From positions 1 to 64,000 of the forward strand of contig CAYOYV010000005.1 of assembly GCA_964408285.1 (NCBI GenBank): a stretch of 64,000 nucleotides of DNA, in the 5' to 3' direction. The stretch is from an uncultured Nitrososphaerota archaeon. GTDB taxonomy: Archaea; Thermoproteota; EX4484-205; JAAOZO01. The translations under genes and the position numbers were made by a program. Below the pieces are notes generated by a model. The model worked only from the letters and a program-made list of their open reading frames with translations, was not told the origin of the DNA and searched no databases. Positions 47,247 through 56,606 of this stretch are shown in pieces; within the stretch, counting starts at the first letter, position 1; each line of letters opens with the position of its first letter.

Positions 47247-47978
47247 TCATAGCGGAAGAAACTCACCTACCTGTCTCCTTGTTGCCCATTCGTTTGGAAT
47301 CATGAACACTTGAGCATATTTGCACCGAGCCTCGATGCCTCTTAGCCTCGCAAGGGCCCTATAGTACCCTATGTAGTCGAAGCCTGAGTACTTCCCATCC
47401 GTGAAATCATAGAGTGATATCGCATCGATGTAGGCCTCCAGTTGATCGCTCACATCGACATAGATATCGTGCTGAAAGCCTTGAGGGTCCTCCCAATTCT
47501 CGGGGAAGAAGAATCCCCTTACCCTTGGCGATGGCTTGCCCTTGGTGGACGCATTGTTCTTGGCTCGATTGATGCCCTCGTTAACGTTGAGAAAGGTCAA
47601 TATGTGATCCGGATGATAGCTTCCTTTCCAGTGTGTCAACACTATGTCAGGTTCAAAATCGGCGAGGACGCCGCAGACCTTGGATATCATGTCCTCGCTT
47701 TCAAAAGGTTCACCTTCCTTGTATCCCATGAATCTGATTTGAGTGCCCAGGAGCTTCCCGACCTGAAAGGCTTGGTCATATCTTTGCTGCGCATACTGCT
47801 CAACGGTGAGATTAGGGGGCTTGGCCCATTTCCCTGATGGTCTCAATGCATGTATTGTCATTGTACTGGCACCGTGATGGCTGTACTTCATCAGAAGCGC
47901 GCCTGCAGTTATCTCCATGTCGCCCGCATGTGCCCCAAACGCGGCTATTCTGATGTCGCGAAGCTTCCCACTTCTCAA
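47247..47978 (-). CDS. PIG-L/LmbE family deacetylase
   Basis: GAHAGDME (variant of HPDDE), PDIVLTHW...HPDH, ENWED, YVDVS, A..RG. Confidence 0.85.
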   Translation of the reverse strand: MRSGKLRDIRIAAFGAHAGDMEITAGALLMKYSHHGASTMTIHALRPSGKWAKPPNLTVEQYAQQRYDQAFQVGKLLGTQIRFMGYKEGEPFESEDMISKVCGVLADFEPDIVLTHWKGSYHPDHILTFLNVNEGINRAKNNASTKGKPSPRVRGFFFPENWEDPQGFQHDIYVDVSDQLEAYIDAISLYDFTDGKYSGFDYIGYYRALARLRGIEARCKYAQVFMIPNEWATRRQVGEFLPL

Positions 47979-48036
47979 TGATTCTCCGGGTTGAGGTTGC
48001 GTACCGTTGGATATTAGGATATTCCGAGGAAGCCGT

Positions 48037-48957
48037 TTAGATTTCCTTCACCAAAATCGCGAATCTCCTACCTTCTATCATACCATGTCTTGAATAGAAC
48101 CTGTAGTTCCTTCCTCCTCCCCAAGCGAACCAGACGTTCTTTGCTCCCATTGACTGTATTGTCTTCAGGCACCTATGAAAAATGACAGCGCCTATACCCC
48201 TACCTCTGAGGTCAGAGGACACAGCAAATGGTCCGAAGTGTTCGATCAAACCATCAGTGGCGATTTGGCAATAGCCAACAACCTTCTGGTCCTTCAGTGC
48301 TATTGTAACCCAGTCGAGCTTGTCTGGATGGGAATCAAGGGTTTTCCTTAGATCCTCGTCCCAACCCGGCAATTCTCTCTTCAGGAAATGGATGAGGTCA
48401 ACAAGATGTTCATCATCAAGTTGCTGGAACGTAAATCCTTCCATGGAAAGTCGCCTTTCGAGTTCAAGAATCTGTTCTGGCACGTCATAGTCCATGAGGG
48501 TCCTATACATCGAGACTGAGTCCCTATTGGTCTCATTGAATCCGTTTTTGAGGAAGAAATCGATTGCAGTGGGATAGGCCTTTACATCTACACCAGGAAC
48601 GACATATCTCGGACCTCCAGACACCACGATTCTTCTGGCGCCTCTTTCCTTCTGTCTTTTCTCAATCTCGTGTAGCAGAGCAGTACCGATTCCTTTCCTT
48701 CGCCAGTCAGGCCTTACTGCTATGATATTGACATAACCAACGTCCTTCCGCATCGGCGCAAATATGAAACCTATTATATCTTCGTCCTGTTCTGCAACCA
48801 GGCAAAGACCCAAGTCAAAGCCCTCCTGCAGAATCACTTTCTGCCTGAAATTCACGGCACTGAGGCGATCCTGAGGAGTTGAAACATCCAATATCGAGAG
48901 GACTCTGCTCAGATCTCTTCCATTGAATTCTCTCATTCTCATAGTGGCAGATATCAC
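48037..48957 (-). CDS. Tandem (two-domain) GNAT N-acetyltransferase
   Basis: AVRPDWRRKGIGTALL and FGPFAVSSDLRGRGIG acetyl-CoA motifs; FF..NGF and FY...G. Confidence 0.85.
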   Translation of the reverse strand: MISATMRMREFNGRDLSRVLSILDVSTPQDRLSAVNFRQKVILQEGFDLGLCLVAEQDEDIIGFIFAPMRKDVGYVNIIAVRPDWRRKGIGTALLHEIEKRQKERGARRIVVSGGPRYVVPGVDVKAYPTAIDFFLKNGFNETNRDSVSMYRTLMDYDVPEQILELERRLSMEGFTFQQLDDEHLVDLIHFLKRELPGWDEDLRKTLDSHPDKLDWVTIALKDQKVVGYCQIATDGLIEHFGPFAVSSDLRGRGIGAVIFHRCLKTIQSMGAKNVWFAWGGGRNYRFYSRHGMIEGRRFAILVKEI

Positions 48958-49008
48958 AATCCGGACCTAAGAGATATTAGATAAAGTTTGGCGATAAGCC
49001 GCCGGCAA

Positions 49009-50094
49009 TTATAGTTTCGTAAAGGCCTCGACCGTATTCCAGTCGAGCCTCTCGACTATTCCGCTTGTCCATTTGATTGCGTTGGTCAAGTCTGATGTGC
49101 TCAGCATCGCAATGTGGGAGTGTATATGCCTCGTTGGAACGCAAATCACGATCGTCGGGCAGCCGGTCTTATGAAGGTGGATTCTGCCAGCATCGGTCCC
49201 ACCCCTAGTGGTCAAAGACAATTGGTATGGTATTTTCTCCTCCTCAGCAACCTGTATAGCGAGGTCCTTGAATGCTTGATTCGGTATCATTGTTGCCTCA
49301 TATGTCTGTATTGAAGGGCCCTTACCCATCTTCGTTGGCGCCTCCCTTGGCTTGATTCCGGGTACATCCCCGGCTATGTCCACTTCGAGCACTATGGCAG
49401 CATCTGGATCCACGACATGAGAGGAGGTGCTCGCTCCCCTCAATCCGACTTCTTCCATTACCGTTGCCGCGCCGTATAGCGTATTCGGATGCTCTGATCC
49501 CGACTCTGCGAAGCTCCTGATAGTTTCCATCGCAATCACGGCACCAAGCCTGTCATCGAATGCCTTTCCAATCGCAACCTTTCCGTCATTTACTAGGACA
49601 AAGGGAGAGAATGGAACGACTGGGTCTCCTATCCTGATGCCCATTCGATGGACATCTTCTTCACCCATTGCCCCCACATCTATGAACATGTTGTCCTTCT
49701 TCACGACCTGGTTCTGTTCGTCGGGAGTCAACAAATGAGGAGGCTTCGAGGCGATGACTCCCGTGTAGTCGCCTTTATTTGACCTCACGATCACCCTCTG
49801 TGCGAGAAGTACTTGATCGAACCAGCCCCCCAAAGTGGCAAAGCCAAGATATGCAGTCTCTTTCTCTATGCTTGTGACTATGAAGCCGACTTCGTCTACG
49901 TGTCCGGCCAGCATTACCTTCGGCCTGTCAGATTTTCCTCTTTTGGCGAATATTACGCTGCCCAGCTTATCGGTAGTGACCTGGTCCGAAAAGCGAGATA
50001 CATGCTCCTTTATCTTCCGTGAGACCTCCCTTTCGAATCCGGCGGGACCAAACGACTCTGAAAGCTCTTTAAGCAATTCGACCTCTGGGTTCAT
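49009..50094 (-). CDS. M42 family (TET) aminopeptidase
   Basis: G..GFE, AGHVDEVG, LGG, KAFDDR.G, EEVGLRGA, GGTDA, PTRHIHS. Confidence 0.95.
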   Translation of the reverse strand: MNPEVELLKELSESFGPAGFEREVSRKIKEHVSRFSDQVTTDKLGSVIFAKRGKSDRPKVMLAGHVDEVGFIVTSIEKETAYLGFATLGGWFDQVLLAQRVIVRSNKGDYTGVIASKPPHLLTPDEQNQVVKKDNMFIDVGAMGEEDVHRMGIRIGDPVVPFSPFVLVNDGKVAIGKAFDDRLGAVIAMETIRSFAESGSEHPNTLYGAATVMEEVGLRGASTSSHVVDPDAAIVLEVDIAGDVPGIKPREAPTKMGKGPSIQTYEATMIPNQAFKDLAIQVAEEEKIPYQLSLTTRGGTDAGRIHLHKTGCPTIVICVPTRHIHSHIAMLSTSDLTNAIKWTSGIVERLDWNTVEAFTKL

Positions 50095-50187
50095 GAGACG
50101 AGTGAAGGTCTGGTAGTCAGTTATAACTTTTTTGTGTGATAGTGCTCAGACTTAATTACCGAACTCAATCTTCATCCAATTGAGAGC

Positions 50188-50574
50188 ATGAGCGGAAAAA
50201 GGAATCCGGTCTACGTGGTGCAGAAACACGAGGCGTCTCATCTTCATTATGATCTGCGACTCGAAATGGAGGGGGTACTCAGGAGCTGGGCCGTACCGAA
50301 AGAACCCAGCAACGAACCCAATGTAAGGAGGCTAGCCATACAGGTAGAGGATCATCCTCTCGACTACGCCAAGTTCGAAGGAGTCATTCCTGAGGGGGAA
50401 TATGGGGCCGGGAGAGTTCAGATCTGGGATTCTGGCAACTATGAGATCATCGAACGAACTGGATCGCGCTTAAGCGTTGAAATCCACGGCAAGAAGTTGG
50501 AGGGAAAGTTCGCCTTAGTGAAATTTGGCAAGGCAGGGGAGAATAGCTGGCTTTTCTTCAAGCGAAAGGAATGA
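50188..50574 (+). CDS. Stand-alone LigD 3'-phosphoesterase (PE) domain
   Basis: VVQKHEASHLHYDLRLE..GVL.SWAVPK, RLAIQVEDHPLDY..FEG.IPEGEYGAG.V.IWD.G. Confidence 0.93.
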   Translation: MSGKRNPVYVVQKHEASHLHYDLRLEMEGVLRSWAVPKEPSNEPNVRRLAIQVEDHPLDYAKFEGVIPEGEYGAGRVQIWDSGNYEIIERTGSRLSVEIHGKKLEGKFALVKFGKAGENSWLFFKRKE

Positions 50575-50632
50575 TGTCCACGATTCATCGTCATGCGATC
50601 AGTCCAAGGCCGGTTCATGTAGATATATTTCC

Positions 50633-51802
50633 TCAAAAAAGCTTCTTGGGTTTGGGAAACCTGGAGGGTGTCAATTTCGCCTCAGGAGCTGGAGGCTGAA
50701 TTTCAGTAATCTCGTATTTCATTTTTCCCAATCCGTATTTCTCGCAGAACATAGGCAACAGATATGGATCCTTGTAGGGACCATGGACTTCCTGGAAGGG
50801 ATGGAGGCGGCCATCACGTACTATCTCCAAGCTTTGTGGAACATTCTCTTGGATGAGAGGCTTGTCGGCTAGAAGATCGAGAGTTGCCTTGTCAATGGCC
50901 ACAATATCCCTAGAACCAAGAACGCCAAGATCAGGTAGTATGTTCCCGGTCGTTATGCCCCAACAATCGCACACGACTGTTATGTTGATCCCGACGTTTA
51001 TGTAAAATCGTTCCTTTTCATCGAAGAATGACAGCGTCTCCTTGGTGCTCAATGCGTTGGCCTCAGGGAATGAGGCGAAATTGACCTGATTCACCTGAAG
51101 ACAGCCCTCTTGCTTCGTGGCCTCGACGCATCTCATGCATTGGTTGCACATGTCAAAGTCTATGGAAAGGCACATCTTCTTCTCATTGTATTTGAGCGCT
51201 CCAAACGGACAAAGCTTGGTATGCGACCTTGGATTTTCGCACTTCTCGGAGAACCAGTATCTGTCGAATTGCATGACATCATGCATCTTCGATCTGGATT
51301 CACTAACAAGCATCCCGATTGCAAGATTTTTTATCGCCGCGCCGAAGCCCTCTGTGTTATGTCCCTTTACATGAGATAGATCGACTAACACGTCAGCATC
51401 CTGCAGAGTCCCGCCCAACTTTATCTCACTGATGCTCTTGTAGTTGATCTCTCGAGTCAGAAAGTAGTTCTCTCTCGGCCCAGCAACGGGGAATATCGGG
51501 CAACCGATGACCTCAGGCGTGTATCCTCTCGCAGTCGCGGCATAGAATCCTTCAATAGTATCAACTGCGAAGGGTCTTCCTCCGGCCTTCTTTATCAATC
51601 TGGCGAGTTCTCCCACGAGGAAAGGATGGACAGTAGTGAATCCCAGATGAGAGCCCAGATGCAATTTGATCATGACATTCTTGTCCTTGACAGATTCTGG
51701 GATACCCAGCTTCTGTATTGTCTCCCTGTACTTCCCGACAAAGGAGTGGTCCGGGTTTAGGGAACGGGACCTCATTGATGCAAAAAGCACTTCTGTCGTC
51801 AT
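50633..51802 (-). CDS. DUF362 domain Fe-S protein
   Basis: IKLHLG, SHVKGH...GFG.AIKN..IG, degenerate ferredoxin segment (C..CP..CNQCMRC), CDCWG, D.G...S.D.VAIDKA. Confidence 0.82.
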   Translation of the reverse strand: MTTEVLFASMRSRSLNPDHSFVGKYRETIQKLGIPESVKDKNVMIKLHLGSHLGFTTVHPFLVGELARLIKKAGGRPFAVDTIEGFYAATARGYTPEVIGCPIFPVAGPRENYFLTREINYKSISEIKLGGTLQDADVLVDLSHVKGHNTEGFGAAIKNLAIGMLVSESRSKMHDVMQFDRYWFSEKCENPRSHTKLCPFGALKYNEKKMCLSIDFDMCNQCMRCVEATKQEGCLQVNQVNFASFPEANALSTKETLSFFDEKERFYINVGINITVVCDCWGITTGNILPDLGVLGSRDIVAIDKATLDLLADKPLIQENVPQSLEIVRDGRLHPFQEVHGPYKDPYLLPMFCEKYGLGKMKYEITEIQPPAPEAKLTPSRFPKPKKLF

Positions 51803-51937
51803 GTGTAGAAGGGAATGTCGGCAAATAATAATAGTTTCCGCGGAAGGAATCCCACCATAGATCTGCCGTCCCGCCTTGGGCGCGAATCATGGATCGCCAA
51901 GAGGTGTGCTCAAGCCTGCAGACAGAATGTGAGGCGA

Positions 51938-53212
51938 TCAGCGTCCATTCCACTTATTTCTCCAGATCCTCGGTTCCTGAACGCTCGAAAGTAACATAGC
52001 GCCAATGGCACTGGCAATGCAAGACAACATGAAGACGGGGGGATATCCCATGGCATCCGCTATGATTCCTCCTAGTACTGGGCCCAAAGCTGCGAAGGGA
52101 GCCCTGATCATGCCGGTCACACCATAGTACGTGGGCCTGCGCTCACTCGGAGCGAAATCCATCAGTATCGAAAAAGCTGAGACCATATATGCACTTGACG
52201 ACGCTCCTGCCAAGAGAAACACGATCAGAAATCCGGCGACGTCAACGCTGAATATACAAACTAGACTCGCGAGGAGTGAAAGCAGCCCACTCAAAAGCAA
52301 GACTGCTTTATGGCCCTTTAGATCCCCCAGATACGCCCACAGGAGATTGCTCAGGATCTGCGCAGCAGCGAAAGCTGCGGTGAACAAACCTATTGCCTGC
52401 TCTCTCAAGCTTAATACATTAATCGCATGGACCATGAAGAATGATGACGCCATACCGCCTATTCCGCTGACAAGAGTAGCCACCAAGAATCTCCGGAAAT
52501 TCGCATCTTCTCTCACTATTTGCAGCGATAGCAATCCCTCAGTTTGCAGATCAGCCCTATTCTTTTTCCCTAGGGAGCCAATCTCTTCCACCTTGCTAAA
52601 GACATAGTAGCCCGCCATCATAATCACAAATGCGGAGAGAAAGCATGCTCCGTAGCCCAAGGGAAAGGCAATATTTTGGATTAGAAGACCAGCTGCAATT
52701 CCTCCCATAACGCTTAGGGCTGATGAGGCAAAATTCGAGATTCCAAAGAAGGCGCCTCGCCTCGTCTCCGGTATAGCCTCTGCAACGATCTCGAGCCAAG
52801 CCGGAGCACCCAAACCCCCTGAGATGCTAATCACAGCATAGAGTATAAAGAAGGATGATAGTAGTAGAGGCTCCATGCTGCTAGCCTGAGCAAAGGACAA
52901 GATAGCCAGCAGAAGCCAAGGGATTCTCTCTCCCAGCGTAATCTTCATCAGATATGGCTTCTTCTTGGGAAAGGCCTCCACTTTCCTCGAGACGAATATC
53001 TGAGGGAGGTTGAATCCGAGGATCATGATTGATGAGATCATACCCACGGCCACGCTGCTCGTCGTGAGACTTGAAACGAAGACTGGCAGGATGGTGACCA
53101 TAGAAACGAAACTCATGCCGAAGCCGAAAAGCGCGAAATCACAGACCAAGAGAAGGAAATTCCTCCTGTAGTTCTGAAGCAACTTGCCATCGCCAGTCAA
53201 GCTGTCGAGCAT
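51938..53212 (-). CDS. Major facilitator superfamily transporter
   Basis: About 12 hydrophobic segments; IP...RG.FFG, LGD..G.K, P...RPTY.G. Confidence 0.88.
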   Translation of the reverse strand: MLDSLTGDGKLLQNYRRNFLLLVCDFALFGFGMSFVSMVTILPVFVSSLTTSSVAVGMISSIMILGFNLPQIFVSRKVEAFPKKKPYLMKITLGERIPWLLLAILSFAQASSMEPLLLSSFFILYAVISISGGLGAPAWLEIVAEAIPETRRGAFFGISNFASSALSVMGGIAAGLLIQNIAFPLGYGACFLSAFVIMMAGYYVFSKVEEIGSLGKKNRADLQTEGLLSLQIVREDANFRRFLVATLVSGIGGMASSFFMVHAINVLSLREQAIGLFTAAFAAAQILSNLLWAYLGDLKGHKAVLLLSGLLSLLASLVCIFSVDVAGFLIVFLLAGASSSAYMVSAFSILMDFAPSERRPTYYGVTGMIRAPFAALGPVLGGIIADAMGYPPVFMLSCIASAIGAMLLSSVQEPRIWRNKWNGR

Positions 53213-53566
53213 TGTTCGATCCTTCCGATGCGGCTAGCCATTCATTCTCTTAGATAAGGATTTGGAAAGCTCACACCGATTTGCTGGGCCATCAAGAGCA
53301 TTTCCGGTACTCGCACCCACATTCTGGGGCACCAAAGGCCCACTGGGATTGCGCTCAGACAACGCGGAGAGTCTATTGACTATATGACTGAAGTCTAGAA
53401 TCAATCGCTTCGTCTATCAGATCCTCGCGCGCGTTGGCCTTCTCGCTGGCCCAGTTCTGGCGATTCGATGCAAGGTCTCCGGCGACCGGCCTAAAACGGA
53501 TACGAGTCTCAGTTCCGGAACAGAATTGTTTTAAAGCACCCGGGATACTGGCCTTCCAATCAGAAC

Positions 53567-54313
53567 TTGAAGCACGCAGAGGCTAGTATTGTCATCAGCA
53601 GTCTGACCAAGGATTTCGGCAAACTCAGAGCCGTAGACGGACTGAGCTTCGAGGTCAACCCCGGTGAGGTCATCGGCCTGTTGGGCCCAAACGGGGCAGG
53701 GAAGACCACAACGATTAGAATCCTGAGCACGATACTGCAACCTACCGGAGGCGAAGCATTCGTCATGGGCCATAACGTTGTCTCGGAGCCTGAAAAAGTG
53801 AGAGCATCTCTTGGAATTATCTTCGAGAACACTAGCCTATACGATAGATTGACAGCAATCGAGAACCTAGAGTATTTTGCTCGCCTCTACGGAATGGGTG
53901 GTGACATGCTACGTTCCAGAATAGAAGAGCTGATCAGGGTCGTTGGACTGGCAGATAGGGCAAATGATAGGGTACACCAATTCTCAAGGGGGATGAAGCA
54001 GAGACTTGCTATAGCGAGATGCCTAGTTCACGAAGCTCCTGTCCTGATAATGGACGAACCAACCGCTGCACTGGATGTTCCGACTGCGAGAGCAATAAGG
54101 GATCTCATCAAGACGACGACTAGTGCAGAGAAAAAGGCAACAATCATCTGCACGCACAACATGCTCGAAGCCCAATATCTCTCAAGCCGAGTGGTAATCA
54201 TGAATAAGGGACGAAAAGTCGCGGAAGGAACCCCAGAGGAGTTGGAGAGGATCTCGAATACACACGGGCTTGAAGACGTCTTCCTCCAACTGATAAGGAG
54301 CGAGACCCCCTGA
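53567..54313 (+). CDS. ABC exporter ATPase (NatA-like)
   Basis: GPNGAGKTT, FSRGMKQR, MDEPTA.LD, THN. Confidence 0.88.
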   Translation: MKHAEASIVISSLTKDFGKLRAVDGLSFEVNPGEVIGLLGPNGAGKTTTIRILSTILQPTGGEAFVMGHNVVSEPEKVRASLGIIFENTSLYDRLTAIENLEYFARLYGMGGDMLRSRIEELIRVVGLADRANDRVHQFSRGMKQRLAIARCLVHEAPVLIMDEPTAALDVPTARAIRDLIKTTTSAEKKATIICTHNMLEAQYLSSRVVIMNKGRKVAEGTPEELERISNTHGLEDVFLQLIRSETP

Positions 54314-55515
54314 TGAACCTGAGCCGGATATCTTGGATTGCATTGAAGGAATTAGTCGAAACCCTCAGGGATAGACGCGCAATGCTCAGCATGCTCATAT
54401 TTCCTCTGGTCTTTGTCCCAATCGTGGGGCAGATCTCTTTGATTGGAATGTCTCCCTCCATAGCGAAATATGCCGTAGCCGTTGTGAATCTCGATGGTGG
54501 ACCACTAAGCAATCAGATCGGGGAACTGCTCAAGATGACAAACGGAACCCAAACCACGTTCTTTGCATCCGTTCCTGCTGACCTCGAACAAGCATTGAAG
54601 AGCTCCAAATTCGATGTTGCACTGATTATGCCACAAGGCTTTTCGTCAAACATAACTCAAGGTTTGCAGTCCCAGATCACAATCGTGACGTATCCTGGCA
54701 GCACAAGATCGCTCATGGCCATGTCCATTTTCACTCAAGTGATTGATTCATTTGAGCAAGTACTCATTGCCCAAAGGCTTACTTCGCTAGGACTAAGCCC
54801 TGACATCGTGAACCCGATAGGCTTGAATGTGACATCCTTCGCAAAAGAAGGAGAGCAGCAGTTCAGTCCGCTTGGTTTCATGCAACCTTTCTTCATAGTC
54901 ATCACAGCATTCACATCTATGCTGGGCATTGGCCTCGAAAAAAGCGTAGGAGAGAAGGATAAGGGAACCCTAGAGGCCTTGCTTTCTTCGCCTGCCTCGA
55001 GGATCGAGATTCTCATGGGCAAGCTGACCTCCATGCTGCCTTTTGGGCTGCTTTCTATACTTGCAACGATAGGTGGACTTGTCATCGGAGGAGTAATAGG
55101 ATCCTCACTGGTTGGAGAAATCGGAGGTGGTGTGAGACTGTTGAGCTTTGACCCAATCTATCTGCCAATAATAGTCGTATCTATACCGATTTTCTTGGTC
55201 CAAGGAGGGGGCTTGATTCTCCTCATAGGTTTCTTCGCGAAGACCCTAAAGGAGGCGCAGACATATGCCTCAGCACCTACCCTTTTCCTCTCGGTCGGCA
55301 CAATTGTCGCGTTCTTCCTTCCCTCCTACATGGGAAGGATATTATCCCTGGTACCTCTAATGGGCATAGCCATCCTGCAGAATCTGTACATTTCAGAAGG
55401 ATTCTCCTACTTTGTAATGTCCGTGTTGTCGATTCAGATCGCATATGCCGCCTTGTTCACGACCTTGGCTGCAAGAATCGTAAACGCAGAGAGACTCCTG
55501 GCCTCCTCTTCCTAG
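54313..55515 (+). CDS. ABC-2 exporter permease (NatB-like)
   Basis: KEL....RDRR, large extracellular loop, GEKDKGTLEALL..P.SR.EIL.GK, KEAQ. Confidence 0.85.
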   Translation: MNLSRISWIALKELVETLRDRRAMLSMLIFPLVFVPIVGQISLIGMSPSIAKYAVAVVNLDGGPLSNQIGELLKMTNGTQTTFFASVPADLEQALKSSKFDVALIMPQGFSSNITQGLQSQITIVTYPGSTRSLMAMSIFTQVIDSFEQVLIAQRLTSLGLSPDIVNPIGLNVTSFAKEGEQQFSPLGFMQPFFIVITAFTSMLGIGLEKSVGEKDKGTLEALLSSPASRIEILMGKLTSMLPFGLLSILATIGGLVIGGVIGSSLVGEIGGGVRLLSFDPIYLPIIVVSIPIFLVQGGGLILLIGFFAKTLKEAQTYASAPTLFLSVGTIVAFFLPSYMGRILSLVPLMGIAILQNLYISEGFSYFVMSVLSIQIAYAALFTTLAARIVNAERLLASSS

Positions 55516-55674
55516 AATACGCTGAGGAATGCGTACTTGGCAGATCGAATCATTTCAGGTCCGCGGCTGGAGCATTTGGCCGATGTGTCGCTATTGGGTA
55601 GCTAGTTAGTGGCGCGATCAAGATTCCTGTCCTGCCAACGCTTATTAACTTGGCAACAAATCATCGATTTGCAG

Positions 55675-56058
55675 ATGTCGGTAACGAATCTTGGTCGTTT
55701 GATATACACGCCCGATTCCGCAAAAGGCGAGGCGATAAGCAAGGTAGAGTCTCATACCCCAAAGATAGATGCGCCAGATGCCGTGAAGGCAGATCAACCC
55801 TTTGAGATCAAGGCGACCGTGGGACCCCATCCCAATACCGTCGAACACTCTATAAGGAGGATCGAGATATATTTCTACGAGGAAGGCAGGCCATTCAATC
55901 CAGTGTTGTTGTTCTCCTCGAACTTGACTCCCGTCGTTTCCGAGCCAAATGTGAGCTTCAAAGCAAAGTTGAGCAAGAGCGGAACGATTTACGCCTTGGA
56001 ATACTGCAACCTCCATGGGCTTTGGGAAGGGCGCAGAGAAATCAAGGTTACAGAGTGA
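55675..56058 (+). CDS. sor: Superoxide reductase (neelaredoxin-type, 1Fe)
   Basis: E.H.PKI, PHP...EH.I, YCNLHGLW iron ligands. Start set to the ATG at 55675. Confidence 0.92.
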   Translation: MSVTNLGRLIYTPDSAKGEAISKVESHTPKIDAPDAVKADQPFEIKATVGPHPNTVEHSIRRIEIYFYEEGRPFNPVLLFSSNLTPVVSEPNVSFKAKLSKSGTIYALEYCNLHGLWEGRREIKVTE

Positions 56059-56104
56059 GAATCTCCTCCAATCCGCGGCAGCTGGGGTCATTGGGTCACG
56101 AATT

Positions 56105-56284
56105 CTATTCTTCTATGGGTTCGAAGAAGTCCTTTGTTACTCCGCACACTGGGCACACCCAGGATTCTGGCAGTTCCTCGAAGGAAGTGCCAGCTTGGAT
56201 GCCTCCCTCAGGATCGCCAATGGCTGGATCATAGATATATCCGCATGCAGTGCACCTGTATTTTGTTCTCGACTTTCCTGACAC
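56105..56284 (-). CDS. rub: Rubredoxin (not in ORF track)
   Basis: My translation from the GTG at 56284: [59 protein letters not shown], with CxxCGY..WxCPxCG. Confidence 0.95.
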   Translation of the reverse strand: MSGKSRTKYRCTACGYIYDPAIGDPEGGIQAGTSFEELPESWVCPVCGVTKDFFEPIEE

Positions 56285-56606
56285 ATTCGATCAGCCTGCG
56301 ATTGACCTCCTCGAGCGTATTTTAAAATTTGCCAGTACAATCCATCATCACCGCAGATCAGCGGCCGTTCTGTTTGGGGCAAACGATCAGCAGAGTGCAT
56401 AATCCATGTTGTGAAATCCATCGCAGCGGTCCCAAGTACCTCGGACCATTGGTCACTGATGTACGAAGGCTAATAGTCTCTTACAGAAGCAAGTTACACC
56501 TTCTCTACTATCGGCGCGTGCCATACATCCGGAATGAAAAAAGGATTTAACTGTCAATGGGATACTCACTTCGAAATCAGTAAACGGGAAGGTGAGATTG
56601 AGTAAT

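Noticed and set aside
53213-53566. Intergenic gap of about 350 bp as a possible ncRNA, tRNA or MITE
   Set aside because: No cloverleaf, C/D boxes or terminal inverted repeats that I could support; explained as a divergent promoter region.
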